Of a stretch of DNA of 58,586 nt, positions 27,923 to 36,258 are shown piece after piece. Within the stretch, counting starts at the first letter, position 1, and each line of letters begins with the position of its first letter. Origin of the DNA: a virus (taxonomy: Duplodnaviria > Caudoviricetes); the IMG/VR virus record IMGVR_UViG_3300049917_000087, positions 1 through 58,586 of that record, one strand, 5' to 3'. A program made the translations under genes and the position numbers. The notes beneath the pieces are model-generated. The model searched no databases. It worked only from the letters and a program-made list of their open reading frames with translations, and was not told where the DNA came from.

Positions 27923-28147
27923 ATGTCAAGTGATCCGAACGAGCTAAGGCATGTGCTTAAAGTCAACTGCACATATAAAATTCCGTCGCGCGTCGGCCTG
28001 CCTTACGGTGGACGCTACGCTATGTTTGTTGGTGAAAGTACGGCAAATTTTCATTTTAGGTTGCGTACGGACGCAAACGGTATACACGAAGTAGAGTTTG
28101 TAATCAATAAGAAAGTTGGTGACGGTTACTTTGTTGTCAACAGCTAA
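27923..28147 (+). CDS. Hypothetical early protein
   Basis: AAGGGG RBS before ATG 27923. Confidence 0.65.
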   Translation: MSSDPNELRHVLKVNCTYKIPSRVGLPYGGRYAMFVGESTANFHFRLRTDANGIHEVEFVINKKVGDGYFVVNS

Positions 28148-28185
28148 AAATAAAAACTGTAGAAAAAAAAATCACGTCTTTTGTG

Positions 28186-28233
28186 TTGACACAAGCTAAA
28201 AAGCTGCCATAATAGCTACATCGCAAACAGGAG
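28186..28233 (+). promoter_or_regulatory. Early-type promoter-leader element
   Basis: TTGACA-N16-CATAAT-AGCTACATCGCAAACAGGAG, A-tract upstream. Confidence 0.85.
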
Positions 28234-28239
28234 AACGCT

Positions 28240-28470
28240 ATGGACCGTGCAGCTAACCTCGCCTTCTTTCTTCTTGAGAAAACAGGTTCGGTGTGCGGCA
28301 ATTGGTCGGGCCGCCTGCCCGCACTACAACAGCGTGCGCTGTTCGGGCGTTTTCTGGGCAAAGGTACGTTGCACATTGACGGTGCTTCTGAAATGCTCAG
28401 TCATTCGGTTAAGGTGTGCTTCGGCTTGGATTACGAAGTGACCGATGAAATTTCGTGGAAAGCGTTGTAA
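28240..28470 (+). CDS. Hypothetical early protein
   Basis: AGGAG RBS. Confidence 0.7.
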   Translation: MDRAANLAFFLLEKTGSVCGNWSGRLPALQQRALFGRFLGKGTLHIDGASEMLSHSVKVCFGLDYEVTDEISWKAL

Positions 28471-28487
28471 ACTTTGGGACGCTCGCC

Positions 28488-28697
28488 ATGATGTTTATTG
28501 CTCATTACATCGATCCTGCAACCAACTGCGCCCATTACGTTGCAGGCGTCGTGCGCGTGAGTGGCAGCGCTTCAGAATTTACGTTCACCGGGCCAGAGGC
28601 GTATAAGGATGCGCGCCCGCTAAGCAGTGAAGACTTTGAACGCTTTACGCGTTGGGCTGGAAAATACGGCTACGCTTTCGGCTATCATCGCGAGTGA
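28488..28697 (+). CDS. Hypothetical early protein
   Basis: Fills gap; start inferred. Confidence 0.55.
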   Translation: MMFIAHYIDPATNCAHYVAGVVRVSGSASEFTFTGPEAYKDARPLSSEDFERFTRWAGKYGYAFGYHRE

Positions 28698-28703
28698 AAT
28701 AAC

Positions 28704-28746
28704 TTGACATGCTTTCGAAATTAAGCTAAAGTAGCTCAATCGTAAA
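28704..28746 (+). promoter_or_regulatory. Early-type promoter-leader element (variant)
   Basis: TTGACA-N17-TAAAGT-AGCTCAATCGTAAA. Confidence 0.8.
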
Positions 28747-28763
28747 CACATCGGAAATTCGCC

Positions 28764-29186
28764 ATGAACATTCAAGAAATGGTGCAAGCGCTTCGCAATC
28801 TGCCGGGCGTGCACTACACTGCTTTCGGTCGCCTGACGATGGGTCAGGTTGCGGATGCCCTTGAAACCGCCAATTCGCTCGCGCAGCCCCGTACAGCCTG
28901 GACGGAAGTGACGCCCGTGTGCGCAGTCGGTCTGCCGAAGCCGCGTGCGATCACTGAAGATGAACGCAATGTTCTGCTGTCAATGATGAAGATGGAAGGC
29001 GTTCGTAACAATATTCCTGTAATAAAGCGTTACCGTGAAATGACGAACTGTTCGTTGAAAGAGGCCGTCGAAGCTATTAATAAATTACGCGATCCAACTG
29101 TGCAAGTCGTACAACCAGCGCCGACGTGTGGTCACTGCGGGCAAGCCTCCTGCGAAGTTACAGGCGTCGGCTACTCGAATAGCTAA
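28764..29186 (+). CDS. Protein with ribosomal L7/L12 C-terminal-like motif
   Basis: IPVIKRYREMTNCSLKEAVEAI resembles the bL12 pattern KI.VIK.VR..TGLGLKEAK..V. Confidence 0.65.
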   Translation: MNIQEMVQALRNLPGVHYTAFGRLTMGQVADALETANSLAQPRTAWTEVTPVCAVGLPKPRAITEDERNVLLSMMKMEGVRNNIPVIKRYREMTNCSLKEAVEAINKLRDPTVQVVQPAPTCGHCGQASCEVTGVGYSNS

Positions 29187-29218
29187 AATACCGTTTTCGT
29201 AAAACGTCTGACTTCGAA

Positions 29219-29431
29219 ATGAGTAAGCCGCTTGATTTGTCTAAGTTTGTCGCTACTATGCGCACATGCATAGGAGTGACAAATGCAAAGATGATTAAAC
29301 AAATTCAGGCGGAAACTGGATTTAGTCGTACCCTTATCGACAAGCATCTTTCGATATTGCGCGATAGAAAACAATTAAAAGCACTTGCGCAGCATAAACG
29401 CCGCTATTACTATATAGACTTTAGCGAATAA
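29219..29431 (+). CDS. Small winged-HTH-like protein
   Basis: IKQIQAETGFSRTLIDKHLSIL. Confidence 0.6.
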   Translation: MSKPLDLSKFVATMRTCIGVTNAKMIKQIQAETGFSRTLIDKHLSILRDRKQLKALAQHKRRYYYIDFSE

Positions 29432-29433
29432 CC

Positions 29434-29679
29434 ATGGCAATAGTTAAACACATCGAACACGCAACACGCATTATCGGTGCGCCGAAAGACTGGAAGCCCG
29501 GTGATGCGTGCGTAGGTTTGCCTATTCGCGATGTTTCAACGCCACAAGGGCCGTTCATGGTTTCGGCGTGGGAGCTTACGCCTGCCGAATTGACAGCCGT
29601 CAAAGAAGGCGCCACAATCAAACTGTGGATTCGCGGAACAGGGCACCCAGTAGTTAAAATAAGCGTTGAGGATTTATGA
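29434..29679 (+). CDS. Conserved-looking phage hypothetical protein
   Basis: GAP.DW...C..LP...SAWE.TP.EL...HP pattern. Confidence 0.7.
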   Translation: MAIVKHIEHATRIIGAPKDWKPGDACVGLPIRDVSTPQGPFMVSAWELTPAELTAVKEGATIKLWIRGTGHPVVKISVEDL

Positions 29680-29870
29680 GCTTCGAAAAGGTCGAATGGA
29701 CTGCAGCGGACGAAATATCTTTTCAAGAAGCGTTGAAAGCAGAGCGCTACGCTACCGAAGTGCGTATGCGCATGGAACAGCGCAGAAACGCTTCGAAATC
29801 GACACAACTTTCACAAGTGTATATAAGGAACACGTTTTATGAACGAGTGGACGCAACAGGACGAACGTAA
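29676..29870 (+). CDS. Hypothetical protein, related to N-terminus of next ORF
   Basis: EWTAADEISF vs EWTQQDERNF; GAGG RBS. Confidence 0.55.
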   Translation: MSFEKVEWTAADEISFQEALKAERYATEVRMRMEQRRNASKSTQLSQVYIRNTFYERVDATGRT

Positions 29871-30252
29871 TTTCAAAGCTGCTTGTGAAGCGGCCGTAGC
29901 TGCAGAAGCTGCGCGAGGTACAGCACAGAGAATGCGCAACGCGCACATTACTCGGTTGAACGAGGTAATGCATTGCGTTGTACAAGCTCGCGGGTTTTCG
30001 GGCTCTACTGGCGCGGCAATCGCCTACGCTGACAAGCTGATTGAACTGCTGCAGCCCTTCAGAAGCGCTACAGAAGAAAAGCCGTCCACTGCGTCAGCGC
30101 CTTCGGAACGCGCACCCATGACAAGAGAAGAAGCGCGGACAATCGCGTACAACGCGGCTAAGCTGCGCCGTCCTTCGTATTTCGAAAACGATACGTTCGT
30201 TCCGCATGAATGGGTTATCGACGCGATCATATTAGCGCGATCTGTTGACTAA
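29839..30252 (+). CDS. Hypothetical protein
   Basis: AAGGA RBS, 137 aa. Confidence 0.7.
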   Translation: MNEWTQQDERNFKAACEAAVAAEAARGTAQRMRNAHITRLNEVMHCVVQARGFSGSTGAAIAYADKLIELLQPFRSATEEKPSTASAPSERAPMTREEARTIAYNAAKLRRPSYFENDTFVPHEWVIDAIILARSVD

Positions 30253-30258
30253 TCGATA

Positions 30259-30345
30259 GCCCGGGTGACGGAATAGGCAGACGTAACGGACTTAAAATCC
30301 GTTGTCCTTCGGGGCGTACCGGTTCGATCCCGGTTCCGGGCACCA
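30259..30345 (+). tRNA. tRNA-Leu(TAA)
   Basis: Acceptor GCCCGGG/TCCGGGC, anticodon arm ACGGA-CTTAAAA-TCCGT, long variable arm, GGTTCGATCC, encoded CCA. Confidence 0.95.
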
Positions 30346-30445
30346 GCTACACAGAGCACTGCGCTTAAGCAAATGCACATTGGCTGCAGCGCCGATGCGG
30401 CCCTGAGTCGTAAATCAGGGCATCCCTTAACTACGAAAGGCGAAG

Positions 30446-30796
30446 ATGGCGGCAAAGATCACTGTACAGCTTCACATCGGTGTCACAACGCAAGAAGCGC
30501 CGGTAGGCCAAACTTACGGGGGACTGGTTGTGAGCTTGGAAGACGTGAACGGTACGCAGACGCGCGAAATCGGTCCGGACGTGTTGCCCGAAGTCGATGA
30601 AGGCGGCAATGCCGAATTTATCGTTACGTTTGACGATGTGCAATCCGGCGCATCGGTCACGTGCAACGTTTCGGCCATCGATGTAACCGGCGCAGAACTA
30701 GGCATGTCGGTATCGCATACCGTGGTGCTTGACGAGGTGCCGGATAACATCGAACGTCCCTATTATCAGCCGTCGTTCCTGTTCATCAAAGTTTAA
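30446..30796 (+). CDS. Acidic beta-rich protein inside the tRNA cluster
   Basis: 116 aa, AAAGG RBS. Confidence 0.7.
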   Translation: MAAKITVQLHIGVTTQEAPVGQTYGGLVVSLEDVNGTQTREIGPDVLPEVDEGGNAEFIVTFDDVQSGASVTCNVSAIDVTGAELGMSVSHTVVLDEVPDNIERPYYQPSFLFIKV

Positions 30797-30953
30797 GACG
30801 CATTACTGCGTATCGGCGTGCAATGCCCGTATCCCTGTATCGGTCAAGACATTGTGCGTATCGTCAGGTGGAAACAACCCGCAAGGGCTTAGCTTTGCGA
30901 AGCTCGTTCGTTACAATAGCCTGCAATGAGGTGCGAAGCCTCTTTATACACTT

Positions 30954-31030
30954 GGGCCGTTAGCTTAACTGGTTAAAGCAGCGAACTCATAATTCGTTGA
31001 GTGCAGGTTCGATCCCTGCACGGCCTACCA
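30954..31030 (+). tRNA. tRNA(CAT), probably Ile2 rather than Met
   Basis: GCGAA-CTCATAA-TTCGT arm; C4-G69 and C5-G68 pairs are TilS determinants; encoded CCA. Confidence 0.9.
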
Positions 31031-31034
31031 ATTT

Positions 31035-31110
31035 GCGCCCGTAGCTCAGAGGATAGAGCACCTGCTTTCTAAGCTGTGGGGCGGCGGTTCGAGTCCGTCC
31101 GGGCGCACCA
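31035..31110 (+). tRNA. tRNA-Arg(TCT) with weak anticodon stem
   Basis: GCGCCCG/CGGGCGC acceptor, canonical D and T arms, loop TTTCTAA, encoded CCA. Confidence 0.85.
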
Positions 31111-31121
31111 ACATAGCCAAT

Positions 31122-31364
31122 ATGCCGAACAGATACAACGCCATCGGTGTTAAAGAAGTCGATACCGGCGATATAACGATTTGCGCTAAAGGCGATCCAG
31201 GCGCAAATTATCACACGCTGTGTGGAACATCGCTTGATGATACCTGTTTTGAAGAAGTACCGATAGCGTGCAATGCTCGCGTAGATTGTCCCGCATGTCA
31301 TAGCGTATGGCAGTTGGCGCGAACTTTCAAAGCTAACTGCTTTATTCAGGAGATAGACAAATGA
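31122..31364 (+). CDS. Small Zn-binding hypothetical protein
   Basis: HTLCG...CPAC. Confidence 0.65.
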   Translation: MPNRYNAIGVKEVDTGDITICAKGDPGANYHTLCGTSLDDTCFEEVPIACNARVDCPACHSVWQLARTFKANCFIQEIDK

Positions 31365-31471
31365 CGTGGCTTTTTATGACTTTAATAGCTGTTGGCGCAA
31401 TAGGCTTAGGCGTCATCATCGCTGAAATAGCTGATAGAATGACTGCAGGCAGAACAAAGGGCAAGCGATGA
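31361..31471 (+). CDS. 36-aa single-pass membrane peptide (absent from ORF track)
   Basis: AGGAG RBS; MTWLFMTLIAVGAIGLGVIIAEIADRMTAGRTKGKR; ATGA overlaps at both ends. Confidence 0.7.
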   Translation: MTWLFMTLIAVGAIGLGVIIAEIADRMTAGRTKGKR

Positions 31472-31953
31472 GACTCGTTCAACGGTTGAAGCTGGCGTTC
31501 CGCGTGCTGTGGTCACGTAATGGGCCTTTGGTCGAACACGCCGAACGCGAAGTTTTTCGCTTGTATACGGAAACTTCGCGTGAGTCGCTTACGCGCAGTA
31601 ATCGAAACGCTGCGCTGTATCGTGAAATCTGCCTGGATATCGTAGCGCAGTTCGAAAGCGCTACCTTAGGCATGCAAGATCGCGAATTGTTGGCGGGTGT
31701 TCTAGCTAAGCTGTTTGCGCAGCGTCCGCTTACACCGTTGACCGGAAATGCCGATGAGTGGGAAGAAGTCGGCGCAGGGTTGTGGCGTAATAAGCGCTAT
31801 CCGTTCGTCTGGAAAGATGCCGCGTATGCATGGGACACGAACGCTACGCTATGCAGGCGTCCGGACGGTGTTACCTATCGGCTTGAAGGTGGGCACGGTG
31901 ACGTGAAGTTTCCGTATACGCCACGTCCGCGTTATATCGAAGTGGGGCGTTAA
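31468..31953 (+). CDS. Conserved-looking phage hypothetical protein
   Basis: PLTPLTG..DEW...NKR...VKFPY.P. Confidence 0.75.
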   Translation: MRLVQRLKLAFRVLWSRNGPLVEHAEREVFRLYTETSRESLTRSNRNAALYREICLDIVAQFESATLGMQDRELLAGVLAKLFAQRPLTPLTGNADEWEEVGAGLWRNKRYPFVWKDAAYAWDTNATLCRRPDGVTYRLEGGHGDVKFPYTPRPRYIEVGR

Positions 31954-31954
31954 T

Positions 31955-32482
31955 ATGGCAATACCTCAAGACTTGGCCTATTCTGCCATGGCGTTTGCTA
32001 TGGATGTGCACGCTACTCAAAAGCGCAGGTATACCGGTGAACCGTATGCCGTGCATTTGGCAGAAGTAGCCGGACTAGCTTTGCCTGTTCTACTTGCAGG
32101 CAGTTATGGTTATCTAACCGCAGATGTTGTGCGCGTTTTCTCTTCAGTATGTTGGTTGCATGACTGCATGGAAGATCAAGGCGTGTTATTTGACACATTG
32201 CGCGCTAAGTTCGGCTATGCGGTAGCCGAAGGCGTACGCTGGCTTACTGATTGCGAGGTGGGAAATCGCGCCTCGCGCAAGGAACAGGCTGCCCAGCGTC
32301 TTGCGCGTGCTCCTGACTGGGTGCAAACGATCAAGTGCGCTGATTTGATTAGCAATACGCAGAGTATCGTTTTGCACGATCCCGGCTTCGCTGTCACGTA
32401 CCTTCGTGAAAAGAAAGCGCTGTTGGAAGCTATGACGCAAGCGGATCCGAAGCTACGCGAGCGGGCTGCGCAAGATTGGTAG
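31955..32482 (+). CDS. Stand-alone RelA/SpoT-type HD hydrolase (small alarmone hydrolase-like)
   Basis: H..QKR..TGEPY..H, LHD..ED, IK.AD.I.N. Confidence 0.88.
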   Translation: MAIPQDLAYSAMAFAMDVHATQKRRYTGEPYAVHLAEVAGLALPVLLAGSYGYLTADVVRVFSSVCWLHDCMEDQGVLFDTLRAKFGYAVAEGVRWLTDCEVGNRASRKEQAAQRLARAPDWVQTIKCADLISNTQSIVLHDPGFAVTYLREKKALLEAMTQADPKLRERAAQDW

Positions 32483-32511
32483 ACGCTGGCTAAACTGTTA
32501 CACTTTGCCTC

Positions 32512-32565
32512 TTGACGTTGCAGCGGTAATAGCTAAAAATAGCTACATCGCAAACGTAAACGGAG
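32512..32565 (+). promoter_or_regulatory. Early-type promoter-leader element
   Basis: TTGACG-N16-TAAAAAT-AGCTACATCGCAAACGTAAACGGAG. Confidence 0.8.
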
Positions 32566-32572
32566 AAGAAAA

Positions 32573-32752
32573 GTGCACAAGGCCATCGGCGAACAACTGC
32601 AGTTTACTAACCAATCTGGTGAACAGCTTGTCGGCGAAATCGTCGGGCGTGACTGGTGTTTCGAACGTCTGGTGTCGTACACGGTGCGCGTTGCCAAGGG
32701 CTTGCGCTATATTGTCAACGCTGACACGTTGCGTGCAGGTCACAGCTTCTAA
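32573..32752 (+). CDS. 59-aa hypothetical protein (absent from ORF track)
   Basis: GGAG RBS, GTG start, MHKAIGEQLQFTNQSGEQLVGEIVGRDWCFERL... Confidence 0.7.
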   Translation: MHKAIGEQLQFTNQSGEQLVGEIVGRDWCFERLVSYTVRVAKGLRYIVNADTLRAGHSF

Positions 32753-32764
32753 GGACGCGTCATC

Positions 32765-32926
32765 ATGGAACACGATGATTTCAATTCCTACTACGCGTCA
32801 CTTATGGACTACGATTGCTTTAAGCAGATCACGAATCTATATCGACAGCAAGACTTAAGCTTGTGTGCGTACGGCTTTGGCGAATATAGCTTCGTCATGG
32901 CCGCTTATATGCAACAGGACGTTTAA
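32765..32926 (+). CDS. 53-aa acidic/aromatic hypothetical protein (absent from ORF track)
   Basis: AAGGA RBS; MEHDDFNSYYASLMDYDCF... Confidence 0.65.
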   Translation: MEHDDFNSYYASLMDYDCFKQITNLYRQQDLSLCAYGFGEYSFVMAAYMQQDV

Positions 32927-32938
32927 GGACAAACTACC

Positions 32939-33175
32939 ATGACACAGAACGAAATTCGAACAATCCGGAACATCATCAAGAGGCTTCAGATGGCCGACTG
33001 CGGCTGTAGCAATTCGCTAGTCGGCGAAGAAGTGGATAAAGCCATTGAAACTTTGCACGAAGCGCGTATCGAAGCCGTTTCGCGTATCTACATCGATACT
33101 TGGCTTGTCGGTGCTCTTGAATGTCTGCTGCCGGAATCGCGTGATACTGCGACGGCTGTTGCGCTGTCGAATTGA
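32939..33175 (+). CDS. Hypothetical protein
   Basis: AAGGA RBS. Confidence 0.7.
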   Translation: MTQNEIRTIRNIIKRLQMADCGCSNSLVGEEVDKAIETLHEARIEAVSRIYIDTWLVGALECLLPESRDTATAVALSN

Positions 33176-33291
33176 GGTTAGAGGCTTATATAAATTAACA
33201 CAATGTGTCCGCAACATGTGATCGAAATCATGCGCGCACGTTGTTAACCGTGATAGACTGTCGATCCGATCAACTAACTTTGTGAGGTTTT

Positions 33292-33573
33292 ATGCATAAT
33301 GGGCATGATTCAAGCGAAATGAACAAGCGCGATGCGCGTATCCGCGCTGCCGCGTTGCGCGAGTATGCGCAGGAAGCCGGCACGGGCAGCAAGCCTGCCG
33401 ATCTGAGCTTGCGGCTTGCTGCAGCCTATCCGCGTCGTTCGGGGCAGTTTGGTGCCGTCACGCAGCCCAGTAACAAGGGCTCCTGCAAGCGCAAGCGGCA
33501 GGGTCTGCCGAAGAACGTCAAGGAATGGTCCAGGCAGGTGCTAGCGCAGGCCAAGCGTTTGCAAGCTAAGTGA
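33292..33573 (+). CDS. Basic hypothetical protein
   Basis: GAGG RBS; K/R rich. Confidence 0.7.
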   Translation: MHNGHDSSEMNKRDARIRAAALREYAQEAGTGSKPADLSLRLAAAYPRRSGQFGAVTQPSNKGSCKRKRQGLPKNVKEWSRQVLAQAKRLQAK

Positions 33574-33580
33574 GGTTGAC

Positions 33581-34000
33581 GTGCCGTACAGTTATCATAT
33601 TGACGGCACGTTGCCGCGACTTCACGAGGGGCAAGTATTTGTATTTGGCTCGAATCTGGCAGGTATACACGGTGCTGGCGCAGCGCGCAAAGCGTGGCAG
33701 CTATTCGGTGCGCGCACAGGCGTAGGCCGTGGGCGTGTAGGCGACAGCTACGCCATTCCGACAAAGGACGGAAGGCACGGAAGCTTGCGCGATCCGTCGC
33801 AGACTCTATCGCTTTTGACTATCGAAATGCACGTGCAGGCGTTCATAGAGCACGCCATGTGGCGGAAAGATACTCAATTTTTCGTTACACGTATTGGATG
33901 CGGCTTAGCAGGCTGGAACGATTCACACATTGCGCCAATGTTCGCGCGTTCTCCGATTAATTGCAATTTCGCTATTGAGTGGAAGCCTTATTTAGGATAA
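33581..34000 (+). CDS. Conserved phage non-structural protein (FVFGSN..G.HGAGAA family)
   Basis: VFVFGSNLAGIHGAGAA, SYAIPT, F.VT.IGCGLAG. Confidence 0.8.
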   Translation: MPYSYHIDGTLPRLHEGQVFVFGSNLAGIHGAGAARKAWQLFGARTGVGRGRVGDSYAIPTKDGRHGSLRDPSQTLSLLTIEMHVQAFIEHAMWRKDTQFFVTRIGCGLAGWNDSHIAPMFARSPINCNFAIEWKPYLG

Positions 34001-34057
34001 AACTACTTCCATGCGGCTAACATGCGTTAGAACTGCGAATAAACTATAGGACGCGCC

Positions 34058-34300
34058 ATGAACTGTACCAAGGAAGAAGCTAAAGCGCTTTTGCTTGACC
34101 ACGATAAAGCGATGCGCGAGCGTATTGCGCAGCTTGAGGCGGAAAAATCGATGCTGTTGATTGCTCTAGGGGTGTTTGTAGAACGCGACTTTGTGTTTTC
34201 CGCGTCGGAATGCGATCCTGCAACGATTGGCGTGCGAATCACATTGGCGGAAATAAGAAATGCGCGAACTATTTATGAGGCGGTAAAAAATGCGAAGTGA
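34058..34300 (+). CDS. Hypothetical protein
   Basis: AGGA RBS. Confidence 0.65.
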   Translation: MNCTKEEAKALLLDHDKAMRERIAQLEAEKSMLLIALGVFVERDFVFSASECDPATIGVRITLAEIRNARTIYEAVKNAK

Positions 34301-34577
34301 ACAGCCGCGCCAAGATTTAGTTTCCATCGATCAAGCTGCGGCGTCGCATGCGGAAGCTTTTGCCAAGTATAACACGGCTTTCGAAAAGCATTTTCGCGGC
34401 CTACTTGATGAAGCAACGTGGCAAGCTGCAAGGCACGCAATGCGCATGGCTAATACCGCCTTTGATTCAGCTTTAGCCGCAGTCAACGTGCAGATAGCCG
34501 AAGCGCGCAACCAATGGCTTAGCGGCGATCCTTACGGCTTCGCTACTCCGCATATGCCCGGTGCCACCGACGAATAG
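34290..34577 (+). CDS. Hypothetical protein
   Basis: GAGG RBS, overlaps upstream stop. Confidence 0.65.
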   Translation: MRSEQPRQDLVSIDQAAASHAEAFAKYNTAFEKHFRGLLDEATWQAARHAMRMANTAFDSALAAVNVQIAEARNQWLSGDPYGFATPHMPGATDE

Positions 34578-34626
34578 CTTGCAGTCACGCGCGTAAGCAT
34601 GCTACACTTAGGCATCGCACAACAAG

Positions 34627-35937
34627 GTGGCAGCAATGACAGGTGACCAGCAACGCGCTATTGAATTTCTCGACGCCTACGCAGATACGCTGCGCCCGAA
34701 TACAAGTTCGTTCGCGTGCTTGGAAGGTGCGGCAGGCGTCGGTAAAACGTGGCTTGTCGCGCATTGGCTGGAACGCTATGCGGAACGTAAGCCGAAAGCG
34801 CGCGTGCTTGTCACTGCGCCGACAAACAAGGCTGTGGACGTTCTCCGCTCGAAGTGTGGTCACCTTCCTGTGGGATTCCGCACGCTTGATAGTTATCTGG
34901 GCTATCGTGTCAAGCGTGACGAAGATAGGCAGATGCAGCGCAGTCGCAATATACAGGCTGCCGATCAAGAACCGCCATCGTTGCTTGTCGTTGACGAGGC
35001 ATCAATGGTGAAGGAAGAGTATCACAAAGAACTCGGTCATATGCGCGTTCCTGTGCTGTATGTCGGCGATCCGTATCAACTGCAGCCGGTTGGCGAAACG
35101 GCTTCGCTTGCGTTTAGCGTCACCAGTCGCATCCGCATGCTTGAGCCTACTCGACAAGCTGCGGATAGTCCTATCCACGGTCTAACGGACTTTTTGCGTA
35201 ACCGTGTCGAAGACAATCGAACCTTCGTTTTGCAAGACTTGCGCGTTTTAGCTAAAAAAGACGACAGTCGTTTTGTATTCACGAACGCGCGTAATGTTCG
35301 CGACTGGGCAGAAAAAGCTATTGAAAAGGGCCTTGACTGCCGCATAATCGCTTTTACGAATGCGGCAGTTAATGAACAGAACGCCGCAATGCACGCAATC
35401 ATGTATCCAAGTGCTCCGCTATTCGGTGTCGGCGAGCTTGCGCTAGTCAATGAAGCTTTTGAATACTCTGACGATTTGATGTTACTTAACGGTGAAATGC
35501 TGCGGGTTAATTCCTGCGAAGAAGTCGCACCGGTGGCAGGAAACGTGCGCGTTTTCGAAGTGCGCGCGAATCAGCTAAAAAACAGCCTTGACGTTTCGGG
35601 CGACGTTGACGACAATGAGCTAGTCTTGAAAGTCGCGCTTGACTCTGAGCACGCGTTGCGCGTGCATCGCGATTTGACGGACAAAATTTACGCTGCGCGT
35701 CGGACTGGTGATATAGCGAATGCAGATCGATATCTTGAGGAACGTGCGCCACTCAACAAGCTTGCGCCTTTGCGGCACAGTTATGCAAGCACGGTGCATA
35801 AATCACAAGGCAGCACGTACGATGTTGCCATCGTAGATTTTCCGGATATCTATCGCAGTCGTGAAATGCGCGCTAGACTTATGTATGTTGGCGCTTCGCG
35901 GCCTTCACAGTTTTTGGTTGTTTCGCATACAGCTTGA
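34627..35937 (+). CDS. SF1B helicase (Dda/RecD-like)
   Basis: GAAGVGKT, APTNKA, DEASM, GDPYQLQPV, YASTVHKSQGSTY, YVGASR. Confidence 0.93.
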   Translation: MAAMTGDQQRAIEFLDAYADTLRPNTSSFACLEGAAGVGKTWLVAHWLERYAERKPKARVLVTAPTNKAVDVLRSKCGHLPVGFRTLDSYLGYRVKRDEDRQMQRSRNIQAADQEPPSLLVVDEASMVKEEYHKELGHMRVPVLYVGDPYQLQPVGETASLAFSVTSRIRMLEPTRQAADSPIHGLTDFLRNRVEDNRTFVLQDLRVLAKKDDSRFVFTNARNVRDWAEKAIEKGLDCRIIAFTNAAVNEQNAAMHAIMYPSAPLFGVGELALVNEAFEYSDDLMLLNGEMLRVNSCEEVAPVAGNVRVFEVRANQLKNSLDVSGDVDDNELVLKVALDSEHALRVHRDLTDKIYAARRTGDIANADRYLEERAPLNKLAPLRHSYASTVHKSQGSTYDVAIVDFPDIYRSREMRARLMYVGASRPSQFLVVSHTA

Positions 35938-35943
35938 GGTAAT

Positions 35944-36258
35944 ATGTCAGACACTATCGAAGCAAAAATGCAGGCGCAAAGTAAGGAATTTGACGCTGTG
36001 TGTGACTTGGCTGCCGCATATCGTTTAATCGAAATGACTGCCGTGGTTGACGATGACTATCCGCATGTTCGGCATCGCTACGAAAGCGCACTTCGCGCGC
36101 TGCTTGCTGCATGCAAGGCGAATGGGCGCATGCCAGAGGCAACGGCCCCGCGCGCCGTCTGCCCAGTGTGCGAAAACAAGGTAGATGCCTGTCCGGACAG
36201 CTACAGCGGCGGCAATGTCGGCGCACCCTGCCCGTTTCGAGGAAAGGTGCGCACGTGA
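35944..36258 (+). CDS. Hypothetical protein with C-terminal Cys cluster
   Basis: GAGGT RBS; CPVC...C...C. Confidence 0.7.
   Translation: MSDTIEAKMQAQSKEFDAVCDLAAAYRLIEMTAVVDDDYPHVRHRYESALRALLAACKANGRMPEATAPRAVCPVCENKVDACPDSYSGGNVGAPCPFRGKVRT

Noticed and set aside
30346-30445. Hammerhead or HDV-like ribozyme after tRNA-Leu
   Set aside because: No CUGAUGA/GAAA core or nested pseudoknot could be built by eye, and the tRNA already encodes CCA
9122-32482. 2-aminoadenine (Z) or other base-modification system
   Set aside because: No PurZ-like or other modification synthase seen; the HD protein has SpoT-type rather than dATPase-type motifs
32505-32858. 117-aa ORF from the track
   Set aside because: Starts inside the promoter element; two RBS-bearing ORFs in another frame (32573, 32765) explain the region better
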